From positions 55,242,001 to 55,306,000 of the forward strand of contig OX597825.1 of NCBI GenBank assembly GCA_951406725.2: a stretch of 64,000 bases of DNA, given 5' to 3'. Shown here piece by piece: positions 13,961 to 27,836 of the stretch. The stretch comes from Octopus vulgaris (lineage: Eukaryota). A program made the translations under genes and the position numbers. The first letter of the stretch is position 1. Every line of letters starts with the position of its first letter. Under the pieces are notes generated by a model. That model was not told the DNA's origin and ran no database searches. It saw only the letters and a list, made by a program, of their open reading frames with translations.

Positions 13961-16835
13961 CTGAAGGGAGTTCATGTGACAGCGAGAAGGCAGAAATACA
14001 GTAACTGGTGAAACCTGGGTATACAGAGGGGGACAACAGGATAGCAATTATACAGTCAGTAGAGCAGGGAGGACTGGCATGAAAAAGGCGAAATATAAGG
14101 AAGAGGAGAGGGGATGTAGTTTGGGTTATTATCATAAGATATGAAAACTTAATATTACATGTGGGTGGGACACACAATGCTTCTGGAACTCAGTTTTGCT
14201 AGAGTTAGATCTTCTGAAGAATCTCATATCACCAGATATCTTGGTCCATTGTCATCTCCTTCATGAGGCCCAACATCTTGAGATCAATCCTCTCTACATC
14301 ATCCCATGTCTTTCTGGATCTCCCTCTTCCACAAGTGCCATCCACTTTAAGCAATCAGCACTTCTTTATACAGCTGTTTTGATTCATACACATCACAATA
14401 AATCAATAAATAAACAAATAAAAGTTTTCTAAAATTTCTATATCTTAGCTTTTGTGTGTGTGCTTTTATCTTTTAGTCAGGAGAGAAGACAGTGCCTATG
14501 GTTCCTTATAAGGTATCTCAGATTGATGAGTTGGAAGAAGGCATCCTCAAACCAGAGACCTCATTCAAATGCTTATAATAGAGTGGACTTGGCTGAAGTC
14601 ATCCTAGGTATCAAATGGTAGTCACATTGAGTCACAGAATGTCCTGATCTAGATATCTAGACTGTATTCCTTATGCTGGATATGTTCAGTTTTGTAAAAT
14701 GAATTTATTAACTTAACCCCTTCTCACAAAATTGCTGGCATTGTGCCAAAATTTGAAATTAACCTCATGTGCAGTTATCTCAATCTTATAGTAGCTGAGA
14801 CATTGAAACCATGAAGTTTCTAGAACTGTCACAGGCAACATGTAGCCTGCAGAACTTTCTGAACAGCACACCTAATGAAAAATTACCTTGAACACTTTAA
14901 TTGGAACAGCCTGCTGGATAATAAGCTTTGTTTCATGTGGTCCTCTTTTCAAAATATCTTGGCCTAGCCTTCTCTAGAAACAGTTTGGAAATTCTACCGT
15001 TTTAAAGAATTCATAGGAATATGAGAGGAAAACTTGATAAAATAGATATAACTACAACACAGTCATCTTTTAAATTTAACACTCATGTGCACACATACAC
15101 ACAAGCATAATTATACACACATACATACACACAAACATATACATACACACCTACATATACACAGACATACACACATACACATGCATGCACACACATGCAC
15201 TCACACGCATAAATACATGCACACATACACACAAACATACATGCACACATACACACAAACATACATGCACACATACACACAAACATACATGCACACATAC
15301 ACACAAACATATACATGAACACACATACACATAAACATATATGTGCACACACATACACACAAACATACACACACATACATACACACAATCATATACGTAC
15401 ACACACATACAAACGTTTGTATGTGTGCGCGAGCACATGTTTCTGATTAAATCCATTAATACGTGTTCTGCCAGTTTTTGCTACACGTTTAAACATCAAG
15501 TTGCATGTATCCAATCAAATTAACATAATTAATGAGTCAATTAATTAATAGACATAATTGCTTATAGAGATTAAGGAAAAAATAAAATTTAAACTTAAAT
15601 CTAATAAGAAGAAATATTTTAAATTGAAGTTTACAATAATTGAATTTTAATTATGATTATTTTAGTATTTGTGTTGTAGAAGTGAATTTATGCTATTTAT
15701 ATATATGATGATGATGATGATGATATATATATATATACACAGACACATGCAAGAGTATGTTTATATGTAATATAAGATATAGATATACCTATATAAAGGC
15801 ATGTGTGTGTGTGTTTGTTCATGTATAAATAATTATTTATACACACACACAATATATATATATACATAAGCATATATACATATATACATCATTCAAATGT
15901 ACAGAAAATAAGAGATAGATGGTGAGGAAAAACAAGCAGGTTTATTAGTTTGACGCTGAGGAAGAATGGAAAAGCCTTTGACGTTTCAAGCCTACACTCT
16001 TCAACTTAAAGGGATGAAAAGAAAAAAATAGAGAATGAGAGAAAAACAGAGAGAGGAATAAAAAAGATGTGTTGGAATTAATGGTGACACATGATGAAAT
16101 GACCAGCAAGAAAACAAGCCAAAGGAAGGGGACATAAAAGTGACCTGGCTGAAGTGGCATGTGCAAGTGCATGTGTGTATGAGTGAATGGTCTGTGTGAA
16201 TGTATGGGGGAGTGCAAGCACCAGTGCATGCATATGGGCAAACTTAAAATTATGTGAACCTGAGTATGCGTATGGGAGTGTTTGTGTATATATGTCTATA
16301 AATAAACAAATATGTGTAAAGTAAACAAGATGCATGTGTGTATGCACACACTCATGCATGTGAGTAATATATATATACCTAAATCATATATAGATATTGC
16401 ATGCATGTACACATATATGCATACGTATGTACATATGTATGAGAAGCTCCTTTTCACAAATTTAGGGTATATTGCATTATGCTTGCATGCTGAGTGCAAT
16501 GCTGCCTGGGAGGGAAACATGGGTATTGAATGATGAAGATGTACCAAGTCTGAGAGAAATATATCAAACGTGTTCTGCTGGAGGTATGATATGAACAACT
16601 GAGCTCATGGGCTGAGAGAATGATGTGCTATAAGAGGAATCTGATGTAGCATGCAAAAGTGAAAACTGCACTTGTATGAAAATGTGATGTACAGAGGCTG
16701 TTAGTTGTGTAAAAAGTTGTGAAGTTGTTTATGCATGTGGAGGGAACTCATACATACATACATGCATATGTACATACAAATATATATATATATACATTTG
16801 TGTATACATATATATATATATACATTTGTGTATAC

Positions 16836-16885
<50 letters not shown>

Positions 16886-17702
16886 AAATATATAAACAAA
16901 TATATATATATATTTGTGTATACATATATATATAAACAAATGTATATGTTTATATATATAGAGAGAGACACACACATAAAAACATATATATATTCATATC
17001 TACATACACATAATACAATGCATATATTTGTACAAGTGTGTCTATATGGATATAAATAAAGATTTATAAATGTGTGTGTGCACATATGTGTATGTGCACA
17101 TGTGTTTGTGTATGCACATGTGTGTGTGCATGTGCATGCATATGTATTTGTGTCTTCATATTTTGATATTGTGTGACAGTAGTAAATGATTGTCAGGCAT
17201 ACAAGCAGTGTCATTCATTTCTGATATTCTTAGAGAATATGTTTGGTGATTGAGAAATAATTACCCTTCTTGGAAACAGGTGATGGTTGGTAGTGACTGT
17301 AAGGACAGCCTGCCACAGGAAATCTTCCTCTAAAAACTCTACCCACCCCATGCAAGCATTGCTATTAAAAGTGGTTGCTAAATGAAGACAGTGAAGATAA
17401 TGATGATGATGTTTTGGATGTGTGTATGTGTGTGCATGTAAGTGTATTGTTATATTTGGGGATGGTCATCTTTCGCCAATTAAACACATGCACTATATAT
17501 TTAATCTTCACTTTAGCTTCATTGTTGTTATCATTAGTTCATTTGTGACACATTCTGTACCACAAAAAGACAAAATGGAATAGACAAGACAAGAGGAGAC
17601 ATGACGGACAGAAAAATCTTTGAAGAGGTTACAGAATATCTAACAAAAAAACTCAAGCAAATAAACTAATCATCATCATCATAATAATAATAATAATAAT
17701 AA

Positions 17703-17738
<36 letters not shown>

Positions 17739-17765
17739 AAATAATAATAATAATAACAATAATAA

Positions 17766-18900
17766 AACTGATGACTGGATGTTAAAACTTGTTTTAAAAC
17801 AAGAAAACATCATACTCAGTAATAAAACAGGCAAAGAAATATCTAAATGAATTCCAAATACAACAAATCCCAGAATTAGACAAACTGAAAACAAACACAG
17901 AGAAAGCTAAGCATATGAAAACCCATTCTAAAACTGCTGCCTTATTTATTCTTGCTGATATATGGCAAGAAAAACCTCTCAATGGCAAATTTCCAAAGAG
18001 AGCTAATAATGCTGATGTTGACAAAGCCCTTATCCATCAATGGTTAAGTGTCTTCTGGCTTAAAATCAGAGACTGAAGGCTTTATCACAGCAGCACAAGG
18101 AGCTACAAAGCCAACATGTTAAAGAACAGCAGTAGCCCAACAAGTCATGTATGTAAACAACAAAATGAAACCATTGATCATGTTGTCTCCATGTGCAGTC
18201 TTCTTGTGCCTACAGAGTATCTCAACAGGCATGATAGAGCAGCACAATATATTCACTGGATAATTTGTAAAAACCTGGACCTGCCCCATGATAAAAACTG
18301 GTGGAAACACAAACCAAAAATGATCACATCTCACTCCTCTGGAACTTCACCATTCAAACTGATTGAAAGATAGACGCGAATAGGCCAGACATTATATTGA
18401 AAGACTTCAGATAAAAATCATAACTTCTCATTGATATGACTGTCCCAGTCAACATAAATGCAACTGTCAAGATCAAGCAAAAATTGAGCAAGTATAAAGA
18501 TCTTGAAATAAAAATTGTCAAAATGTGGAACCACAAAACTAAAACAATACCTGTTGTCATAGGTGCCCTAGGAATGATAGCAAAAGATGCTGATTGCTAC
18601 CTAGCTCAGATGCCAGGAAATCTAAAAATGGCAGAAATTCAAAAAATAGTGCTCAAGGGAACTGCCCATGTCATACATAAAATTCTGCCTATGTAATCTC
18701 AAATTTAAAAAAAACTTATGGTTTTCTTATGTTTTCTTAAACATTCTCTAGAACAATATTTTGTGCAAAATCAAATATATGGCACCCTAGTCATAGCATC
18801 AACTTGAACTTCTAACCTGTTATCTCTTGAGGTCTCTGGGTGAGACTTGGAGTCAACTTGTACAAATACAAAACAAAGGTTAAAAATATAACAATAATAA
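17766..18900 (+). mobile_element. 5'-truncated, decayed Dong/R4-clade non-LTR retrotransposon (zinc knuckle plus restriction-like endonuclease)
   Basis: WQEKPLNGKF, GLKSETEGFITAAQ, HVCKQQNETIDHVVSMC, YLNRHD, NRPDII, IDMTVP, KLSKYKDL, IPVVIGALG, GTAHVI. Preceded by (TAA)n/(TAG)n and ends in AATAATAA, fitting the known (TAA)n preference of Dong elements. Confidence 0.9.
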
Positions 18901-19749
18901 TGTGTGTGTTTGTGTGTGTGAGTATGTACATGTATGCATTTAAATATACACATATACATGTATACTATATAAGCATACATAAATATAAATATATATATTA
19001 TATAGTGTACACACGTGTATATATACACATATGTGCGTCTCTGTGCACATGCATTTATATTTGCATATAGACAGACAGACTGTTAGAAGCTTTGAGTAAG
19101 CTAGATAATGAAACACAAGCACTCAGCTATAATGGCATTGGATTTTATAGCAGAAACAGCTGTTAGCTAATGAAGGTGATTGTATAATTTCCTCTTCCTT
19201 TGTCATTTCTTAAATTTCATATATCTATAATATATATATACAATTGAAATGTGTCTTTCTAAAAACCCTCATAACAATCTGACAATGGATTGAATACAGA
19301 TGAAGAACAATGTCTTCTGTAATCAATTGTAATGTGAGTGTATAGTAATTTGCTTATATGCAAATTTTGTCTTTCATTGCATCCATTTAGCAAGTAACCA
19401 TTGCTCAAATTTCTTCAATTAAATGAACAACTGATTTCTCCTTGAAAACCTGGTGGGTGGGTGTGAGTGTTTGTGTGTACACTTTTTCTTTTGATTGTTT
19501 CAAAGGATGTTCTATGTCCACAAATGCAATGCTTAGAGGAAACACTCGTAAAAAAGCTGACATATTTTATTTTCATGAAAAACAAGGCAACAAGTTACCC
19601 AACTGATATTGATGAATGATTGATTGCAGAAAATATGGGGTAGAGAAGGCTCTTTAATCTCGGTAGGGGCAAAGTAACCCTTCTAGTGCTGGTGCCAATG
19701 TAAAAGGTATCAAACACTGGAACAGATATCATGATAACCTTTCTAAGTT

Positions 19750-19920
19750 CATGCATGTCTGTGTGGTTTAAAAAGTGTGCTTCCCAAAACATAGTTTCAG
19801 GTTTGGTCCCATAATCTTACTGTGTAGCACCAAGAGCAAGTGTTTTCTACAGTGGCTCTGGGTTGACTAAAGCCTTACAAGTATATTTAGCAGATGGAAA
19901 CTAGAAAAAACTCATCACAT
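19750..19920 (+). mobile_element. Family A SINE 5' half
   Basis: Degenerate tRNA head and CORE-like segment. Confidence 0.7.
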
Positions 19921-19934
19921 GTGCATGTGTTTAG

Positions 19935-20245
19935 TGAAGGTGTATAGCTTAGTGCTTAGAGTATTCAGCTCATAATTACAAAGCCATGAGTTCAATCCCT
20001 GGTGATGCATTGTGTCTTAGAGTAGGAGACTTTATTTCACATTGCCCCAGTCCAGTCAGATGGCAAAAATGAATAGTACCTGTAATTCAAAGGGCTAGCC
20101 TTGTCACATTGTGTTTGACACTGAATCTCCCTGAGAACTACATTAAGGGTATGTGCGTCTGTGGAGCACTCAGGCACTAGATGAGTAGACTGTTCTGCTG
20201 ATCAGATCAACTGAAACACTCATCATCATAATCAACCGAGTGCCA
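19935..20245 (+). mobile_element. tRNA-derived SINE (family C)
   Basis: TAGCTTAGTGCTTAGAG A box and GAGTTCAATCCC B box. A homologous copy lies on the opposite strand at 40225-40535. Confidence 0.8.
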
Positions 20246-20951
20246 GTGTATATATATAAATTTCAACTATATAACCCATGCTACCCTAGAAAAATGTGCA
20301 TGAAAAATTAACAAACAGGATAATATATTCCTAGATACAGTATGTCTAGATTTGAAATAAAGGATAGACATAGGTGAAACCCTCTTTATCATCAATGCGC
20401 TCAGTTAGGGTAGACCTGAGGTTAAGGAATAACAACACATGGGAGCTAAGATGAAAGTTACAGCCAAAGCCTGTAGCATTTTAACCTATTATGTCAAGTG
20501 ACATTAAAACTACTGTGTCACTCTAATGATTTCATTATGAAAATATTAATGAAAATAACCTCTTATATTGACAGACATCTATAGAATTTGTAAGGAGAGC
20601 ATCTGGGTGATTGAATTTAACACTAGGAGAATTATTGTCACTACTTATGTTATCCATAGATCAATTTGTTCAGCTCTACACTCTCTCTGCCAACTACTTA
20701 ACTGGTTTCACAAGAAGGCAAAATATTGACAGCTAAAAGATGACACTAAAGTAAAATAAAATAAAATGAAAATATAATGAAATGCTTAAATGTTCCTTCT
20801 AACAAAAGAAACAGGAATTTCATTTGATAAAGAACTTGTTTTGGAAAAAAAATTAGCTGCAGGTTGAGAGGAATTTTACTGTCTTTTATTTTTTCATATC
20901 TTGCTTTTGTTTTATAATCATGGTATTCTTCGCAAATATGATACATGGTGC

Positions 20952-21110
20952 AGATAAGGCTGTGTGTTAAGAGATTCACTTTCTAATTATGGGGTTTCAG
21001 GTTCAAATCCATTGTACTGCACTTTGGGTTAGTGTTTTCTTCCATAGCCCTAGACTGAACAAAGCCTTATAAGTGAATTTGGTAGATGGAAACTTAAAGA
21101 AGCCCATCAC
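20952..21110 (+). mobile_element. Family A SINE 5' half
   Basis: GGTTCAAATCC followed by AAAGCCTTATAAGTGAATTTGGTAGATGGAAAC. Confidence 0.7.
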
Positions 21111-21381
21111 AAATACATGTAATTGCATGTGAGTATTTAAGAATTTGAGCACTACAAAAGTGACTCACTATGAGCGAGTTTGTTGTTACTATGATTTCCG
21201 CTGTCTCTGCATCTTCAGAGACATGAAATACGTGACCTCTTACTTGAAAAACAAGGTTTAGCAACAGGAAATGAATCCAGCTGTTCAACAATGCTTCAAA
21301 GATATTTTACTCTAATCCATGATAGTATGAAAGAACAGGCTTAAAACAAACAAACAAATGAAATATATGTGTGTGCGTGCA

Positions 21382-21448
<67 letters not shown>

Positions 21449-21799
21449 TTCTTAAATGAGAATACATAAAGAGTTATTCAAGGACAAGGCACTTAAGAAA
21501 CTGATAACTACACTAGCATGAAACTGTTGGCCCTTTAGTAGATCCTATAGTGTACTGAGTTAAAAATTAAAATCATATATATGGTATATGTGTTTGTGTG
21601 TATGATATACATTTAGATATGTATACATATATACAAATATATACATATACATATATACAAATAAATAACATATACATATATACAAATAAATAACATATAC
21701 ATATATATATATATATATACATAAATATATAGATACATATACATAAATGTGTATATATATATATATACACAAATATATAGATACATATACATAAATGTG

Positions 21800-21833
<34 letters not shown>

Positions 21834-22718
21834 AATAATACATACATACATATATATATATATACACACACACAAACAAATAATACATACATACATATAT
21901 ATATATATATACACGCACACAGTTATGCATACATATATACACACAAACACACACACACTAAGACATACACGTATTCATACATATTTTTGATTTATTAAGA
22001 CATGCATGCTGTTGAAATAAGGAAGAGGAGAGTCTTTCAATAACTAGATTAAAGATAATGAGAATAATGAACACTGATATCTAAATTAATTATTTTCCAA
22101 TCTACTAAAGAATATAATGAATAAGAAACAAAAAAACTTTAAAAACAAGTAAATAATACCAACAACATCAACAACAACAAAAGATGTACGTTCTCTTATC
22201 TTCAAGCATGGAGAGGATGCTCTACTTTTTTAATTCAATTTTTGAAGAATTCCTATTTAGCCTTTATTATTATTATTATCATTATCATTATTATTTTTAT
22301 TATTTTTATTATTATTATAACTTCATCACCAACATAATCATTATCATAACAGTAGTATTATTTTCATTATTATTATTATTTATTATATTTATTTATTTAC
22401 TTGACAGATATTTTAGAAAATAAAGACGTAGCAAGAAATTTCTCCTGTGAATATCACACAGATTCACGGTGCGTTTTTTTGTTTTAATTTTCAAATTTAT
22501 TTCATTTTATATTATTCTATGCATTTTGTAATTGTTGATGTTTTAGTTTATTCATCTTTTTATTTAATTATTTTTCTAGATATCATTCCCTAACAGAACC
22601 TTGAGGGCGGTTATAGATATGTCATCTTAAATGAATAGAATTTAAACACACATACACATTCACACACATATATATATACACTTGCACAAACAAGTGTGCC
22701 TGGGTTTGCCAAGGAGTA

Positions 22719-22774
<56 letters not shown>

Positions 22775-22804
22775 TACATGCACATATATATATATATATA
22801 TGTG

Positions 22805-22844
<40 letters not shown>

Positions 22845-23635
22845 TTCATGCATATATAGATATACACATACACACACATTCATGCATATATAGATACACA
22901 CATACACACCTGTGTGCAAGCATTTCTGCATGAGTGTGTGTATGTGTGCATGTGAAAATGTGTATATATACATGTGCTTCATGTAGAAAAAAACAAGCAA
23001 GATAATCTTCAAACATGTACGTATCAATTAGTTTCATTTTCCTTCTAATCTATTCAACAAGTTGGATATATCTGCAAATTTAGGTATTTGCACAAATCTC
23101 TTTAGAAATTGATATGGTATACCCTGTGTACCGCCCACAGACAATCAGAATGTTGACTTGAAATGATACTAGAGTGGGAATTTAGGGTAAATCTTTTTAT
23201 TTAAGCTGATCAATAGATTATATATAATTCTTCCAAAAATTAGATAACTTTTGTACAAGCAATTGAACCAAAAGTTTGCTAAATAATGAGTTCAAATCCT
23301 TCTCAGTGACAAACTATTCATCATTTCATACACAGTTATTAGTATTGGTAGAGTTATTAGACAATTGCATACTAAAACAATGCTTAAGAGTACACTTGGT
23401 TGCACTCAAACTCAATTTGAGAAATGTAAATGTGGTGAAAGTATTTCTGGAGGGCTCCAGAAAGACAGAAACACAACCTAGCCAGAATATATTTGAAGTT
23501 TCATTTTAAAAAATTGTTTTAATTATAGTGTTTTATTGTACTTTATTTATATCCATGAAAATCTCTCTACATGTATGCATGTGCATACATATATGCATGT
23601 ACATTTTGATATGTTTGAGAATATATATATATATT

Positions 23636-24240
23636 GTCAACTTCTTAGACATAGCCCCTAACATCTCATCAGGTCTATAATATCCTTACACAAGCCTAAC
23701 AAAACATTGCAATACATCCACTCACATTCCAATCATCCTACATCAATCATAAATCAAATAGTCAAAAGCATGTCTATTAGAATCTCTAAGTTATCTGCAA
23801 ATAAGCATATTTTCAACAACATAGCTGGCTATTATAATGAAGCTCTTAACAGAAGGGGATACTCTGTAAAGATCGATTATATACCGAAACCAACATTCCT
23901 AAACAAACTAGAATTCTACACTATGAAAGTGCACATTAATCAAGTCACAAACTTAGACAAACAAAGCATTCTTACATAACTCTAATTAACTCTAGCCTCT
24001 CAGGGATTAGGTCTATTACAAACTCTAATAACACTATTCACACTTCCAGAATACTAGCATTAAAAGAAAAAACAGAAATATGAAAATTACCTGGTATAAC
24101 CCCCTTTTTAATCTCCAGGTAAAAACGTTCTGCCTAAAATTTTCTTTTCTCTACTTAAAACTAACATTCCACCACAACACAATTATTTCCATAATTTTAA
24201 CAAATATACAATTTAGCACTTGTACTCCACAACCAAAACC
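23636..24240 (+). pseudogene. Penelope-like element RT C-terminal fragment (Naiad-type motifs)
   Basis: VNFLDI, then PYT/KPNKTLQYIHSHSNHPTSIINQI...RISKLS...YNEALNRRGY, and KITWYNP. A decayed hammerhead lies downstream at 24498-24535. Confidence 0.8.
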
Positions 24241-24497
24241 TATTTAGGGAAAGAAATCCAGAAACTGCTCCTATAATCAGAATAAGATTCATTTTAAAAT
24301 GTGTATAAGATTAGGTCTACTAAGATGTTCAGACACAATAATTAGAACTATCAGCAAAGATACACAGATTCATACACACACACACAAACAAGGGAGACAG
24401 AGAAAGGCAGAATGTCACTTATATTTGAACACTATACAAATATTCCTTTAAAAAAACTTTTCTTTCAATTTTTCTAAATTTAATTATTTAATCGTTA

Positions 24498-24535
24498 CAG
24501 TTGAAAAGGTCTCAAAATGACCGAAACCGGCACTG
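24498..24535 (+). ncRNA. Degenerate minimal hammerhead ribozyme of a Penelope-like element
   Basis: CAG-UUGAAAA-GGUC(ucaaaau)GACC-GAAA-CCGG-CA-CUG. Stems are intact and stem III is palindromic, but the core has three substitutions. Confidence 0.6.
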
Positions 24536-24618
24536 AAATGTTCTTTATAAAATTATTTTAGCATTTTCTATTTTGACTTGTTTTTTTCATATATATCAAC
24601 TCGTGTGTTCCTTTTCAC

Positions 24619-24621
<3 letters not shown>

Positions 24622-24661
<40 letters not shown>

Positions 24662-24797
24662 ATATTAATATGCCTGGGCCAATAATGGCCGAAACCTATA
24701 TATCAAAGTATATATATATATATATATATACATATATATACATATACATATATATATATACATATATATACATATACATATATATATATACATATAT

Positions 24798-24828
<31 letters not shown>

Positions 24829-24866
24829 CTATATATATATACATATATATATCTACATATATATAC

Positions 24867-24937
<71 letters not shown>

Positions 24938-24975
24938 CATATATATATATGTACATATATACACACACACATATA

Positions 24976-25011
<36 letters not shown>
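24622..25011. repeat. Long (TA)n-based microsatellite
   Basis: Visible dinucleotide run with periodic C interruptions. Confidence 0.95.
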
Positions 25012-25015
<4 letters not shown>

Positions 25016-26009
25016 AGGAGAAAGACATAGAATCACAGATGCAAGATGAGAGAAACAGAAAAGAAAAGAGAGAAAGAAATCAAAGAGAAAGCATATAAAA
25101 ATATCTATGAGGGTCAGTTGACCACTTAGGGAAGGAACAGTGGGGAGAGGGTGAGAAAAAATGAGGATACACTATGCAGATAACTTGTGTGTGTGTCTTT
25201 GTGTTATTATAAAGGTAGGGGGAAAAGGCCAAAATGAGTGTTGATAGATAATATACAGACAAAACAGTTGGTCATAAACACCAGTATGTCAAAAGACTTA
25301 AAAACACAAACAGACAGACATAACATATATATATATATAAATACACACACACCTACATGTACAAGTATATACATCCACACAGAGAGGCATTTGTATGTGC
25401 ACACACAGACACACAAACACAGATATATATATGTAGATATACACACACACATATATATATACATGCAACCATACACATATAAACACATTTATATATACAC
25501 GCATATATATATATCCTATATATATGTCCTTTGATCCTTCCAGATATTTTATAACATCTCTTATCCCCTTCCCTAGTAACCTGTAAACCATTTTTTAAAA
25601 ATATTTTTGCATATTCCACGTTATCTTTTCCTTCTTTGTACCCCTTTGCAAATGTTCCATACACTTGCATCCCTTTGAATCCTAGTAGTTAGAAAAGAAA
25701 AGATTACTGCAAAGAAATTTTCGAAAACTTAGTTAAAATTCAATTAAGAATTTTAATTTCATCTTACCTCCTATTCTTATGCTATCATACTAGAATATTT
25801 AAAAGGATAGTTTACAATACTCTAGAGGAATATTTTGGTGCTACAATTTTTGTATGATTTGGATATTTGCATGCCATTGAAGCAATTTTAGCTATTAATA
25901 TCATAATCAATTTTTATTAATACTACTACAGCTACTACTATTACTACTACTAATACTATTAATATTATTATTATTATACCCACAAAATTTCAGGGTAAAC
26001 AAATACCAG

Positions 26010-26270
26010 GATTTGGCAAGCCAGATATGGGAAATATATCAAGCAACAGTCAAAATTGTCCCTTTTGTTATTGGTGCACTGGGAACAATTTCAAAGAATC
26101 TGGATGCAATACCTGAAATCTTAGGCATACCGAATACATTTGGAAGTACACATCTGGTTAGGGTGCTTGGAACAGCTCATATACTGAGGGAGGTGTTGTA
26201 CCTCGGAGCTGCAGGCAGGAGGTAAGGCATAGTTACACACAACCCAACAGTAAAAGATCTACATATGATG
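26010..26270 (+). mobile_element. Short Dong/R4-type 3' fragment
   Basis: VKIVPFVIGALGTISKNL...LGTAHILREVL, flanked by trinucleotide microsatellites. Confidence 0.8.
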
Positions 26271-26286
26271 ATGATGATGATAATAA

Positions 26287-26487
26287 CCCTTTCTACTATA
26301 GGCACTAGACCTGAAATTTTGTAAGAGGGGACAAGTCGATTACATCAACCCAGTGTTTCACTAGTATTTAATTTATTGACCCCAAAAGGATGAAAGGCAA
26401 TGTCAATCTCGGGGGAATTTGAACTCAGAACATAGCTGGAGACGAAATACCGCAAAGGATTTTGTCCAGTATGCTAACAATTCTGCC
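26287..26487 (-). mobile_element. Family M SINE
   Basis: GACCCCAAAAGGATGAAAGGCAA...GAATTTGAACTCAGAAC. Confidence 0.85.
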
Positions 26488-26511
26488 CCCATGATGATGA
26501 TGATAATAATA

Positions 26512-27048
26512 AATGCCCTGATGCAGTACCAGGCAGTAGTGGCTCTCATAGCTTTTGATCTTAACTGATTGGAAGTGTTATCGTGTACATTGTTTTGTCA
26601 TGGTATAAAAGATTGGCTACAGCAAATATTCTGTCAATATTGCACTTGTTTGACCATAACCAGTTGAACATGTCCTTTAGTGGCTGATGATATGTGCCTC
26701 TCTGATCACAAGCAGAAGTAGTGGGGGGAGCATCATAGCCATGTGTTGAGAGGAATTCTTGGGGGTTTGGATAATTCTCCTTTGGAAACATGGGTGTTTC
26801 ATTGAACATTCTTAAACAACCCTTATTCAGGGACCTTTTGTGTGGGATGGGATACTCGACCTGAAGAAAATTCTAACTTGGCCCCACCTGTAAGGTCACA
26901 TACTATTTATCTTGAAATGAGATCACCATGTTGCGTACATATTGTTGTGATGCATGTGCCTGGTGTAGCCTTATCAAATGGGTAGTCACTGGGCTTCGTA
27001 TATTTTACCCCAGTGTCACTTTCATGACATGCGCTACTCTCTCACTCA
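26512..27048. mobile_element. Unclassified interspersed repeat bounded by (AAT)n
   Basis: A second partial copy lies in the opposite orientation at ~34838-35045, sharing GAGCAGAAGTAGTGGGGGAGCATCATAGCCATGTGTT-like sequence. Confidence 0.7.
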
Positions 27049-27074
27049 ATAATAATAATAATAATAATAATAAT

Positions 27075-27272
27075 TTTGGCTCAAGGCCAGCAATTTTGAG
27101 GCAGGAGCTAAGTTGATTATATTAACCCCAGTCTCTAACTCACACCTGTTTTATTAACCCTGGAAGGATGAAAGGCAAAGTCAACCCTGGCAGCATTTGA
27201 ACTCCAAACAAAGTCAGAAGAAATGCCACTAAGCATTTTTTTGGGTGCAGTAGTGATTCTGGCAGCTTACCA
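27075..27272 (-). mobile_element. Family M SINE between (AAT)n tracts
   Basis: GGAAGGATGAAAGGCAAAGTCAACC...ATTTGAACTC. Confidence 0.8.
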
Positions 27273-27629
27273 TAATAATAATAGTAATAATGATAATAAT
27301 TTCTTTCTTAACCACAAGGATTTACATTAAGAAAAACATTATGGACAATACAGGACAAAACAAAGAATGTGTGTATGTTGTGATGGGTTTGTATGTAAAC
27401 AAGACTAACAAAATTATTTTTAAAAAATAGAAATCAACAGTGTGAAATCCTCAATAGAGAGGAAATGTTCAAGGGCTGCTCATGGAAAAACCCCATAAAA
27501 AACTATGGGTACTCTGACTTTTGGGGCAGGTGCCTTTTCCCTTTGCTTTTTTTCAACTACAGGTGTAAACTCAGGGCACTAATAATAATAATAGTTGTAG
27601 TAGTAGAAGGATCTTTGCCTTGCACGCTA

Positions 27630-27836
27630 TGTCGTGACCTCATTGGTGCTGGTGCCATGTTAAGAGCACCCAACCTACTCTGTAAAGTGACTGGCATTAA
27701 GAAGGGTATCCAGCTATAGAAACCATGCCAAAGCAGACAGTGGAGCTTGGCACCATCACTAGGGTTACCAGCACCTGTCAAACCATCCAGCCCATGCCAG
27801 ATGGAAGACAGGGTTTAAATGATGATGATGATGATG
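27630..27836 (+). mobile_element. RTE 3'-tail fragment
   Basis: GGCATTAAGAAGGGTATCCAGCTATAGAAACC...(GAT)n. Confidence 0.75.
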
